Virus record (IMG/VR): IMGVR_UViG_3300010392_000224
Reading direction: 5' to 3' (one strand)
Origin: a virus
Length of the DNA: 48,061 nucleotides
Shown here in pieces: positions 1 to 7,695 of this stretch. Position numbers and translations under genes: made by a program. The notes beneath the pieces are model-generated. The model was not told the origin of the DNA, searched no databases, and worked only from the letters and a program-made list of their open reading frames with translations. Position 1 is the stretch's first letter; each line of letters starts with the position of its first letter.

Positions 1-127
1 CTTTGGGCACTTATAGTTACTGCAAGGAGAAAAGCAGAATGTAGCTACGTTGTTACCATGCCGCGACAACCGGTCCAGTTGTCCAGCGCACGGTGAACTC
101 ATCTTCTGCCGGAGCTTCCGCAACAAA
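1..127. repeat. Terminal overlap, copy 1 (identical to 47935-48061)
   Basis: Base-by-base comparison shows 1-127 equals 47935-48061 with no mismatch. The repeat is bounded by the window ends. Confidence 0.97.
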
Positions 128-322
128 GTCGTCATCAACTACATCCTCACGTAAGTGGTCTGTTAGTAATCTGGCCAGTAGTAGCGCCTCATAATGATCC
201 AAGTCGGCGTCGCTGGTTCCTGCCATTGGAACGAGCTTACTAATTGTGGTCCCATTTAAAGTAACCTGTACAATGTAGGCGCTTGTCTCTCGGTCAATGC
301 CTCTATCAAAACTTACTCTCAT
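53..322 (-). CDS. Hypothetical acidic protein (89 aa)
   Basis: The ATG lies inside the last codons of the upstream resolvase gene (17-nt overlap). The C-terminal half is acidic (DVVDDDFVAEAPAEDEF). The 3' end falls in the terminal overlap, where a second same-strand frame (47809..48060 ORF) is also open, so the true end is uncertain. Confidence 0.45.
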   Translation of the reverse strand: MRVSFDRGIDRETSAYIVQVTLNGTTISKLVPMAGTSDADLDHYEALLLARLLTDHLREDVVDDDFVAEAPAEDEFTVRWTTGPVVAAW

Positions 323-686
323 TATTACACCATTCTTTTGGTATAGTATCTATCGTGTACCACAGAAACCCATGTGATTCTGCCCATTCGGCGTGGGTAC
401 GCTTAGTACCATCTTTGCGTCGTTGTGCACTAGGCATGGGTAGGTCTGGTCGCATGAATATAAATACTATCTGTTTATCTGGATTAGATTCTATTACAGC
501 CACGTACTTACGTGCTTCGTTGCTGGTCCTGAATCTACCCTTAACTTCTATTAATATGTTAGGGTCACTGCGTGGTACAAAGTCAGGGATGTATGCTGCT
601 TCCCACTTGTACTTAACCTTAGTAGGCTCATAGTCACAGTTCTTTAACTTTTTTTGGAGCACTTCCTCAAATTTAGATCTAGCCAT
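306..686 (-). CDS. T7 endonuclease I-like Holliday junction resolvase
   Basis: The 126-aa ORF has the T7 gp3 pattern as I recall it: AAYIPDF, ILIEVKG, RKYVAVIESNP, IVFIF, EWAESHGF, IPKEW. It sits at the end of the replication module. Confidence 0.8.
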   Translation of the reverse strand: MARSKFEEVLQKKLKNCDYEPTKVKYKWEAAYIPDFVPRSDPNILIEVKGRFRTSNEARKYVAVIESNPDKQIVFIFMRPDLPMPSAQRRKDGTKRTHAEWAESHGFLWYTIDTIPKEWCNNESKF

Positions 687-775
687 ACATGTTTAAACTC
701 CGGTTTAGGGCAGTTACAGCCACCAAAATTGATGACGTACTTGCCACACTTATGGCAAATTGGTCGGCTTGTCAT
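644..775 (-). CDS. Possible 43-aa Cys-rich mini-protein (not in ORF track)
   Basis: Hand translation gives MTSRPICHKCGKYVINFGGCNCPKPEFKHVWLDLNLRKCSKKS, with a CxxC...CxC pattern. It overlaps 306..686 by 43 nt and has only a weak RBS. Confidence 0.25.
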   Translation of the reverse strand: MTSRPICHKCGKYVINFGGCNCPKPEFKHVWLDLNLRKCSKKS

Positions 776-790
776 AGTTCTCTACCCATA

Positions 791-1672
791 TTACTCTTCC
801 TCCACACTTTGTACATCTGTACTCTGTTGAGTAGGTTGTTCCTCCGCAGGACTCACACTTAAGCCTTCCGGCACCGTCATAGGTGGTTCCCACATTTCGT
901 TTCTTTCTCTTCGCATCCATAATAGCCTGCCTTGTAGAACAAAGTATTCATATGTGTAGCCACGAGATGCGTACTCATCCCACACAATAGCACACATTTC
1001 TTCTGGTGTCAACGCTTCTGGTAGTATCGACTCAGCTGCTATCTTTCCAACACCCTTGATACCGGTGATACCGTCTGTGCTGTCTCCCATCAGTAGCTGT
1101 CGGTAGAAATTTAGATTGGCATCATCATCAGTAACGAAGTACAGTTCCTTTGTATCGTAGTTGTAATGCCATCCTGGGGTATTGTTAAGGTCTTTGTCTA
1201 TGCTTGCTATCACTACGTCAGTACGACCTGTTGATAGTATGCTGACTTCGTCGTCTGCCTCCTGCCCGTTGACTAACTTAGCCTTATAAAACTTTACAAG
1301 ATATTGACGAAGCTTATCCTCGTGGATTGGACGATCTTCCGCCTTCCTGTTTGATTTATACTCTGGGTATATGTCATAACGGAAGTTACCCTTGCCCCCT
1401 ATGAATATCTCGTAGCTTGTTAAGCGCGGGTGCCGCAGGATACCATCAACTATATTGCGTAGGTTTGCTATGCTGTGGTGTAGTGGTCCTGCTTCCTTTA
1501 CTTTCTCAACTACTGCGTCAAAGGATGCCTCCTCGGCAAACTTATCAGCGTCTTTCTTGTACTGGAAGTCTGCCACTGGTATACCATTATGGTTGTACAC
1601 CATGTAGCAGCTCGTTTCATTGGCACACCCTGCCTTAAATATGGCAGAGTCGAGGTCAATTAAGAAGTGCAT
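791..1672 (-). CDS. 5'-3' exonuclease / flap endonuclease (PIN-like plus H3TH)
   Basis: The 293-aa ORF has acidic N-terminal motifs (FLIDLDSAIFKAG, SIDKDLNN) and the helix-3-turn-helix motif GDSTDGITGIKGVGKIAAE. A GGAGGA RBS precedes the ATG. Confidence 0.85.
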   Translation of the reverse strand: MHFLIDLDSAIFKAGCANETSCYMVYNHNGIPVADFQYKKDADKFAEEASFDAVVEKVKEAGPLHHSIANLRNIVDGILRHPRLTSYEIFIGGKGNFRYDIYPEYKSNRKAEDRPIHEDKLRQYLVKFYKAKLVNGQEADDEVSILSTGRTDVVIASIDKDLNNTPGWHYNYDTKELYFVTDDDANLNFYRQLLMGDSTDGITGIKGVGKIAAESILPEALTPEEMCAIVWDEYASRGYTYEYFVLQGRLLWMRRERNEMWEPPMTVPEGLSVSPAEEQPTQQSTDVQSVEEE

Positions 1673-1685
1673 CAGTTCCTCCGAA

Positions 1686-1701
1686 GAGGGCCGAAGCCCT
1701 C
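1686..1701 (-). promoter_or_regulatory. Perfect 6-bp hairpin with UUCG tetraloop on the mRNA strand
   Basis: The minus strand reads GAGGGC-TTCG-GCCCTC. It overlaps the stop codon of 1700..1939 and is followed directly by TTCGGAGGAACTG-ATG of the exonuclease gene. There is no U-run. Confidence 0.55.
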
Positions 1702-1939
1702 ACTCATCCTTTGGTACTATAGACAACACTGATCCCTTCGTCTGCTGATCAGGCTCGTCGTACTCTAACAGTGCCATACACAGACGATCAGCTAGATGCA
1801 TGGCATATGGCAGTGCAGATACGGTGGTCTCCTCCGTACCGTACTGCTTGTTGACTACCCGCCAGTTCATAGTCTCACCATTAACTACTAGTGGTGAGTC
1901 ATTACGCTCTACGTAGTACAGTTCGTTTTCGTATATCAC
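1700..1939 (-). CDS. Hypothetical protein (79 aa)
   Basis: The ORF abuts the stop of the upstream gene (1940) and fills the gap exactly. No recognisable motif. Confidence 0.6.
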   Translation of the reverse strand: MIYENELYYVERNDSPLVVNGETMNWRVVNKQYGTEETTVSALPYAMHLADRLCMALLEYDEPDQQTKGSVLSIVPKDE

Positions 1940-2449
1940 TTATTCCCATCCTCCGTCTCGTTCGACTGCTTGTTCTAGTTCTTCTAATACAACACCACCA
2001 TTGGCCACCGTCTTGCTGACATCGGCATAGAACACGCCAGTTAGATCGTTAACCGCTGCTACGATTGCATCGTATCGATCAGACTTCTTGGTTGGTAGTG
2101 GTAATGCGTCGTGGGCCAGCGCCACACCGATTACCTCAATGGCATCTTTGCGGGATGACTGGTACTGGATAGATATTTGTGTGTCGTTATACCCGCCGGA
2201 TGACTTACCCCCAGATGATTGTACAGGTGCCTGCTGTTGTTGCTCTTTGGTAACGGTAGATATGTCGATGTTTTTGAATGCGCCATTCGCATCCCAAGAG
2301 AAGGAGATACTGTCTCCCTTTGCAAACACTGGCGCCGTGAACCCGTGACCATACCAGTTACCATCTGACATCTTGATGCCGTACGCTGTACCATTACCGC
2401 GCGGCTTAGCACTGATTGCTTCTACTTTACCTGTTACTGTATTACTCAT
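1940..2449 (-). CDS. Putative ssDNA-binding protein
   Basis: 169 aa immediately downstream of the DNA polymerase. It has a beta-rich OB-like N-terminus (GKVEAISAKPRGNGTAYGIKMSDGNWYGHGF), a Gln/Ser/Gly linker and an acidic tail ending DGGWE, as in phage SSBs. The function call is positional and compositional only. Confidence 0.45.
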   Translation of the reverse strand: MSNTVTGKVEAISAKPRGNGTAYGIKMSDGNWYGHGFTAPVFAKGDSISFSWDANGAFKNIDISTVTKEQQQQAPVQSSGGKSSGGYNDTQISIQYQSSRKDAIEVIGVALAHDALPLPTKKSDRYDAIVAAVNDLTGVFYADVSKTVANGGVVLEELEQAVERDGGWE

Positions 2450-2467
2450 AGCTGTACCTTATGTTAA

Positions 2468-4459
2468 TTATAGGTGGCTTCCACTAAACTCGTACGGTGG
2501 CTCGACAGATTCTACTATCTCTTTACCCTCTGTCCAGTGCTCTCCGCACTTAAATCCCGTTCCGAGTGGGACATTGAACTCGATATTATATACCTCTTTT
2601 AAGTAGTTGTAAACACAAACTGTAAAACATTTTACCGCAATCTCTCTGACTATATCAACTTCATCAGGGTGTACTTCCATAACGACACTGTCGTGTATGG
2701 TGTTAACTATAAAACTACGCAACCCGTTACTGTGCAGCTCGTGCCACAGGTATGTGAGAGCTATTGGTATTATGTCAGCCGTAGCTAGCCCTTGTACTGG
2801 GTAGTTACATATCTGAGTAGTGTTCGTTACATAGTTACTTCCTCTCTGTATCTTGGTATTTGGATAGTGATAGATGAGTCCTGTCACTGTGCGTACTTTC
2901 TGCGTAGCCAGAGCCTCGTCAATCCACGACTGCTGTGCTGCTGCTACACCGGGATACTTCTCCCTGAATGCGGCGTAGTACCGCTCCTGCTCAGGTGTAC
3001 CACGACTACCACCATACAATGGCTTGAATGTTTCTGACTTAGCTGACTGTCTCCAGTCACCCTTGGCTTCCGTATTAGCCAGTACTTCCTCAAGTGTCAC
3101 GCCGCGCAGTTGGCTGGCAGTGAATGAGTGTACGTCAAATCCATTGTTGATGTCAGTGATGGCCCGATAGTCCTGCCCTAAGAAGGCAGCCACGCGGAAC
3201 TCTAACTGTGCTCCGTCAATCTCAGCTATTAACCAGCCCTTGTTACGGGCACAGAATAATGGCTTAAACTCACGTGCTTGGTTCTGGAATTGGATAGCAT
3301 ACCTAGCGCCAGAGCTACTAAGTCTCTGTGTCTTGGTTGCTGTCTGATTGAAACGGGCGTACAGTATGTCCTCTGCCTCCACACAGGCCATGTACTTGTT
3401 GAGGGATTTAGTTAGCTTAGCATTTAGAAATGCATACCGAGCGTTCAGCTCTAGGAAGGCACGCTGTTGCTTGTTCCTGCCCTTGAGTGAGGCTAGAGTT
3501 TCAGAGTCAGTCTTCCTGCCACCACTCGGAGTTCGTATTGGTTCTCCTCTTTTGTTCTTGAGTTCGGCTATGCCAAGTGTGTCATATATAAACTCGCCCA
3601 GTTGCTTGGGAGAATTTAGATTGATGCCACCACACATCTCGTCGAGCTGCAATCGTACTTCATTGAACTCTATTAGTGTGCTGTTATACACCTTGGTGAC
3701 ACGTTCTTTGGACAGCGCCATGCCATTAGATTCTATGTTGGCCAGCACTGGTGTGAGTATACACCTAGTCCACATAGTCTGCAACAGCCCAAGCTCTCGA
3801 AGCTTATCACGCTGTCGTAGAAATATCTCATGCGTAACGTTTACATCGTATATGCACCTGCGCTCTAGCATACTGCGAGGCAGGTCTGATGGACATACAC
3901 CTCCTTTAATGCACTTATCTATGTACGGTTCTTTACCTGTCAATCCATAGCGCTTGGCCGTCTCTCCTAGAGAGAGCTTATTAAGTGGTAAAGAAGTAGT
4001 CCCAGCGTAGATAATATACTCAGCAATGAGAGTGTCCCAAACAAATACATTATGCAGGTCCATGCCCGCCCTCTCCAACCACTGAAGATCGAACTTGATA
4101 TTGTGGCCGACGACAAAATCTGCCCGCTCCGCACGCTCCTGAATGCTCTGAATAGCGTACTCGCTTCCCCATACAACGGAAGTTCTACCTCTAGGTAGCG
4201 ATGGTGTGGGTTGTTTATCTTCTGCGTTAACATCAGTTCGTACAGCTGTTCGTTCATAGCCGACGGAGAGGACAAGAGAGTTCTCCGTATTTTGTGCAGA
4301 TCCTTTGTCCTTATTTGTAGTTTCAAAGTCAAGCACGAAGTAGTTGTCTGAGCCATAAGTTTTATACCTTGTTAGTCTGTCAATTAACGTGTCCTCCCTA
4401 GTTGTAATACAGTAAGAAGAGCACGTAGTGGTACTCTTGGCGCAAACTCCAGTGACCAC
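2468..4459 (-). CDS. Family A DNA polymerase with 3'-5' exonuclease domain
   Basis: Exonuclease motifs DFETT and HNIKFDLQWL are present. Polymerase motifs are A (LIAEIDGAQLEFRVAAFL), B (RQSAKSETFKPLYGG) and C (NTIHDSVVME). The longest ORF begins with GTG at 4459 and there is no in-frame ATG before the Exo I motif. Confidence 0.95.
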   Translation of the reverse strand: MVTGVCAKSTTTCSSYCITTREDTLIDRLTRYKTYGSDNYFVLDFETTNKDKGSAQNTENSLVLSVGYERTAVRTDVNAEDKQPTPSLPRGRTSVVWGSEYAIQSIQERAERADFVVGHNIKFDLQWLERAGMDLHNVFVWDTLIAEYIIYAGTTSLPLNKLSLGETAKRYGLTGKEPYIDKCIKGGVCPSDLPRSMLERRCIYDVNVTHEIFLRQRDKLRELGLLQTMWTRCILTPVLANIESNGMALSKERVTKVYNSTLIEFNEVRLQLDEMCGGINLNSPKQLGEFIYDTLGIAELKNKRGEPIRTPSGGRKTDSETLASLKGRNKQQRAFLELNARYAFLNAKLTKSLNKYMACVEAEDILYARFNQTATKTQRLSSSGARYAIQFQNQAREFKPLFCARNKGWLIAEIDGAQLEFRVAAFLGQDYRAITDINNGFDVHSFTASQLRGVTLEEVLANTEAKGDWRQSAKSETFKPLYGGSRGTPEQERYYAAFREKYPGVAAAQQSWIDEALATQKVRTVTGLIYHYPNTKIQRGSNYVTNTTQICNYPVQGLATADIIPIALTYLWHELHSNGLRSFIVNTIHDSVVMEVHPDEVDIVREIAVKCFTVCVYNYLKEVYNIEFNVPLGTGFKCGEHWTEGKEIVESVEPPYEFSGSHL

Positions 4460-4644
4460 GGTGCAAGATATAACCTACCACCAACAGAACTGACTACTTC
4501 CCTCGATCCGGCATTGTTATCACTGGCGTAGTAAGGCCCGCGGTAGCCTATTAGGATAAGCTTGTTTAATATTGTGTTCCTGCTTATGTCAGGCAGTAAA
4601 CTCATATCTACACTAAAGTCGGGCAGTCTTTTTTGTGCTATCAC
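4384..4644 (-). CDS. Hypothetical protein (86 aa)
   Basis: Its start overlaps the helicase stop (ATGA) and it covers the 180-nt gap before the polymerase. The last 76 nt overlap the polymerase GTG-start region, so its C-terminus may not be real. Confidence 0.4.
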   Translation of the reverse strand: MIAQKRLPDFSVDMSLLPDISRNTILNKLILIGYRGPYYASDNNAGSREVVSSVGGRLYLAPWSLEFAPRVPLRALLTVLQLGRTR

Positions 4645-5864
4645 TGTGTCTCTCCTATGTTCGATACCTTTGACACACGCTCATCAACACGGACAGGTAT
4701 GTGGCTGTGGTCAGAGTTAAGTTTGTTCTTGGTCAAGCACAACATACGCTTACCCTGCTGATGGAATACTTCATCCATACCCATACCAATCATAACATCC
4801 ATCTGACCCTGCACACCTACGTTAGAGTAGTACATGTCGTTCTTCTCAATCGCTAGCTTACCATAAGCACTGTCAGATGCTTGGTGTAAGATGATGTTAA
4901 CCAGCCCATGCTTCTTACCCATAGAGCGTAGACGCACAGAGAGGTACTCATTCTTCTCCACCTTGGTAAAGTTACCACGTGTGTCCATGTTAGCCATCTG
5001 ATCCACGATAAGAATATCAGGCTTGTGTTTCTCAACCATAGCCTTGATACCAAATATAGATCCGGGGTCCATCTCGTAGAACACTAGGTTGCTATACCCA
5101 TTCTCAAGAGCACGTCTCCGTGCCTCAGCCTTGTGCTGTATCATGGTGTCCCTGTCCATACCAGACAGACGAGAGTAGAAGCGTGACAGCATAACCATGG
5201 CCGCATCTTCATTACCACAGTACAGTACCTTACGTCCATCGTGCATGAATCCAGCAGCCATGTTAATGGCCAGCATGGACTTACCAACTTCAGTAGGTGC
5301 ATAGATAGCTATCTGCACACCCGGCACTAGGCCACCACCAAGCTTCTCGTTGAGTATACTTGGGTGTACCTTGATTAAGTTTTCTTTCTGGAATGAGGCA
5401 AGTACCTGATCGATGTCAGTATCTACAAAGACAGTACCTTCGTCTGTCGTGTTGGACATATCACGATAGTGGTTATACTTATCGAGATAGTTTGATATGG
5501 CAGTCTCGTCCTTACTGACAAGTGCCTCGGCTAAGTGTTTCTGTGTGGACTGGAGCTTTAGCGTACGGTACTCAGCCAGTGCATTAGGTATAGACACTGG
5601 TGTCAGTGACTTAACTATCCCCTCGAAGAAGTCACCATGCTTGGGGTACTCATTACGTAATTGGTCAATTAAAAACTGACGATCAACTGCTTCTGCGTGT
5701 TCGTCATTCTCATAATACTGCTTGATGTGTGTCGCAATGATCCCTCCCTTGTCATCGAAATCATCAGCGATGTCCATGACTGGTGAGATACTATCATATA
5801 CATTACGATCACTTAGCAGTGCTGCTAGTATTCGTCTTTCACTCAATATTAATACCCCTCTCAA
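4641..5864 (-). CDS. DnaB/T7 gp4-type replicative helicase
   Basis: Walker A is YAPTEVGKS and the Walker B-like motif is DILIVDQ, within a RecA-type core, with a DnaB-like N-terminus (ERRILAALLSD). The start is TTG at 5864, or more likely TTG at 5846, which is preceded by AGAGGGG. Confidence 0.9.
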   Translation of the reverse strand: MRGVLILSERRILAALLSDRNVYDSISPVMDIADDFDDKGGIIATHIKQYYENDEHAEAVDRQFLIDQLRNEYPKHGDFFEGIVKSLTPVSIPNALAEYRTLKLQSTQKHLAEALVSKDETAISNYLDKYNHYRDMSNTTDEGTVFVDTDIDQVLASFQKENLIKVHPSILNEKLGGGLVPGVQIAIYAPTEVGKSMLAINMAAGFMHDGRKVLYCGNEDAAMVMLSRFYSRLSGMDRDTMIQHKAEARRRALENGYSNLVFYEMDPGSIFGIKAMVEKHKPDILIVDQMANMDTRGNFTKVEKNEYLSVRLRSMGKKHGLVNIILHQASDSAYGKLAIEKNDMYYSNVGVQGQMDVMIGMGMDEVFHQQGKRMLCLTKNKLNSDHSHIPVRVDERVSKVSNIGETQ

Positions 5865-6072
5865 CAGCTAACTTATGCTTAATAAAGTCAGATAAGATGG
5901 CGGCAAGTGCTATGCTCTGATCAAGATCTAGATATATGCTAGGTGAAACGTCATCGTCATCCGCATGGAAATTAATATTCTGTATCCTGAATGAGCTAGC
6001 ATTAGTTTCCCAAGTAGCATCAAAGTATGCATCCCCATAATCTGTATCAAGTAGTCGTACCGAACGTAACAT
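5839..6072 (-). CDS. Hypothetical acidic protein (77 aa)
   Basis: The ORF bridges primase and helicase and overlaps both neighbours by about 26 nt. No motif recognised. Confidence 0.5.
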   Translation of the reverse strand: MLRSVRLLDTDYGDAYFDATWETNASSFRIQNINFHADDDDVSPSIYLDLDQSIALAAILSDFIKHKLAVERGINIE

Positions 6073-6835
6073 GTAGTTGTTCCTCCGTCATGTCTTTTGG
6101 GTCTTTGTCAACGAGTACAATAGAAAAGTTTTCAAATAAAATACTCCACTGTCTTTGTAATTCAAACGCTGTTGCCTGTGCATCTTGGTCTAGGCATATA
6201 CGCAGATCGGTTACACCTATACGTACAAGCAGGGATACAAGGCTGTGTGTCATACCAGTACCGAGCAGGGCAGCAGCACATGTGTGCTTGTTAAGCGCCT
6301 CTGCACTTGGTATATCCTCAACTAAGTACAGCGTACCATTAAACTTCTTGTGTGTCAAATGTGGGAAGTGTGCAAGTGGGTCTTCAGTCTCCTCGGTCAG
6401 GATGTTAATTGCCTTCGGAGCATATGAATAGTCAGGACTGATAGACGGGTACCGTCTCTGCACATACCCTATGCACTGACCATACCACGACAGTATTGGA
6501 TAGTACAGGGAGTGAGTGCGCACACTATACTTAACACGTGGTACTATATCAAGAGCAACGCTTGGTATACCTGACGCCAACAGTATATCCCCTGCGTTAA
6601 CGAGGTCATTGGGTAACTGTATTGTCACCCGCTTGCTAGCAGGCTTGGTTGGTTTGTGTGTAGAACTGACACCGCACTTGTTACGGAAGCAGATATAACT
6701 AATCTTACCGTCGCGTGTGTCCACTATCATACACTTCTCTTTAGTACTACCACCTCCACATACTGGACAGCAGATTCTATGTGTGCCGGGCGATAGGGTG
6801 TACCCTCTCTGTACGAATAGCTTCTCTAAGTTCAC
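6047..6835 (-). CDS. DNA primase (zinc ribbon plus TOPRIM)
   Basis: It has an N-terminal Cys4-type pattern (ICCPVCGG...YICFRNKCG). The TOPRIM signature is present: Glu in LYLVEDIPSAE and DxD in CLDQDAQA. It lies directly upstream of the helicase. The start is GTG. Confidence 0.8.
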   Translation of the reverse strand: MNLEKLFVQRGYTLSPGTHRICCPVCGGGSTKEKCMIVDTRDGKISYICFRNKCGVSSTHKPTKPASKRVTIQLPNDLVNAGDILLASGIPSVALDIVPRVKYSVRTHSLYYPILSWYGQCIGYVQRRYPSISPDYSYAPKAINILTEETEDPLAHFPHLTHKKFNGTLYLVEDIPSAEALNKHTCAAALLGTGMTHSLVSLLVRIGVTDLRICLDQDAQATAFELQRQWSILFENFSIVLVDKDPKDMTEEQLHVTFGTTT

Positions 6836-7082
6836 GTGACATTACCTCTACTAGTGTTCGTGCGTGCCAAAGCCTGAATCTGCTTGGCGGTATTGTATCA
6901 GTTGAGGAAATACTAATGCTGCCATCAGTGTACGTCTTAACTATCAAGAAGAACGGTGACGGGTACCTTATTGTCATTGCGTGGTTGGTGGCAACGTTCA
7001 TACCTTTGCGAATGAAGTAATCTCTGATAAACCCCGCACGATACCGATCTACGTGAGTGATCACTCTGGTACTAATGGTCAT
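6777..7082 (-). CDS. Hypothetical protein (101 aa)
   Basis: Its ATG overlaps the stop of the upstream mini-ORF. The 3' end overlaps the primase start by 59 nt. Confidence 0.5.
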   Translation of the reverse strand: MTISTRVITHVDRYRAGFIRDYFIRKGMNVATNHAMTIRYPSPFFLIVKTYTDGSISISSTDTIPPSRFRLWHARTLVEVMSRELREAIRTERVHPIARHT

Positions 7083-7215
7083 GTAGGTCTATCTCAATAA
7101 TACCTTCTTCATCATAGAAGGGGTCTACATCTACGTCGTCACATGCAGGACAGTATGGTTCTCCAGATGGGTCGTAGTGTAATTCATCAAAACAATTAGG
7201 ACAGAAATCAGACAT
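7072..7215 (-). CDS. 47-aa zinc-ribbon-like mini-protein (not in ORF track)
   Basis: Hand translation gives MSDFCPNCFDELHYDPSGEPYCPACDDVDVDPFYDEEGIIEIDLHDH. It has two CxxC pairs, an AAGGAA RBS about 9 nt upstream, and a stop overlapping the ATG of the next gene. Confidence 0.5.
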   Translation of the reverse strand: MSDFCPNCFDELHYDPSGEPYCPACDDVDVDPFYDEEGIIEIDLHDH

Positions 7216-7227
7216 AAAATTATTTCC

Positions 7228-7255
7228 TTGACAAGTTTAGTTTATATGCTATAAT
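7228..7255 (+). promoter_or_regulatory. Near-consensus sigma70-type promoter on the plus strand, antisense to local genes
   Basis: TTGACA (7228-7233), a 16-nt spacer ending in TGc (extended -10), then TATAAT (7250-7255). Every neighbouring gene is on the minus strand. Confidence 0.45.
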
Positions 7256-7260
7256 AATTT

Positions 7261-7302
7261 ATATATAATATACTTACGTATATATATATACATATTATAT
7301 AT
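7261..7302. repeat. AT-only inverted repeat downstream of the GGCT gene
   Basis: ATATATAATAT (7261-7271) is the exact reverse complement of ATATTATATAT (7292-7302). The 20-nt spacer contains TACGTA and a (TA)n run. Confidence 0.6.
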
Positions 7303-7694
7303 TAACCTACCTTGTACTTAACCCAATCACCTGACTCAACAACAGGATACTTAGAGTACCGAGTGTAGTCTTCTACAAAGTAGATCCATGCTTTAGTCAT
7401 TGTACCATCTTCGAGATTGATGTCAACTTCTTTTCGATTATAAAATCGTGGGTACCCTTCCAACCCATCCAAGTGACGGAAGGTATTGTCGTCAACCTCG
7501 TACACTTCTACCTGCACTGGTGCTGGTGGGAAGTCAGGAGAGTGTGTTATCGCAGGGAACCCACCGAGACTGTGCATTGTGAAGGGTTCTGCTGTCTGGC
7601 CACGCTTATGCTCTTCGATGTGGCCTAGATAAGACCGGTGATTGCCCATGTTCTTACGCAGTGAACCATACACTGCTACTAAATGTGTAGACAT
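7302..7694 (-). CDS. Gamma-glutamyl cyclotransferase (GGCT/AIG2-like) family protein
   Basis: 130 aa. The N-terminal motif is VAVYGSLRKNMGNH (YGSL motif), with a later conserved-looking Glu in VQVEVYEVD. Size is typical of the family. Confidence 0.8.
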   Translation of the reverse strand: MSTHLVAVYGSLRKNMGNHRSYLGHIEEHKRGQTAEPFTMHSLGGFPAITHSPDFPPAPVQVEVYEVDDNTFRHLDGLEGYPRFYNRKEVDINLEDGTMTKAWIYFVEDYTRYSKYPVVESGDWVKYKVG

Positions 7695-7695
7695 T

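Noticed and set aside
3348-3950. A 200-aa plus-strand ORF inside the DNA polymerase gene.
   Set aside because: It is antisense to a motif-rich, clearly real gene. Its product is Ser/Leu/Arg-rich and low in complexity, has no RBS and does not fit the gene packing. The same reasoning applies to the other antisense or out-of-frame track ORFs inside long genes (e.g. 2792-3037, 3967-4356, 35194-35811, 32262-32594).
6777-6835. Programmed frameshift fusing the 101-aa ORF to the primase.
   Set aside because: No slippery heptamer or downstream structure is evident in the overlap. A GTG start with an ordinary overlap explains the arrangement.
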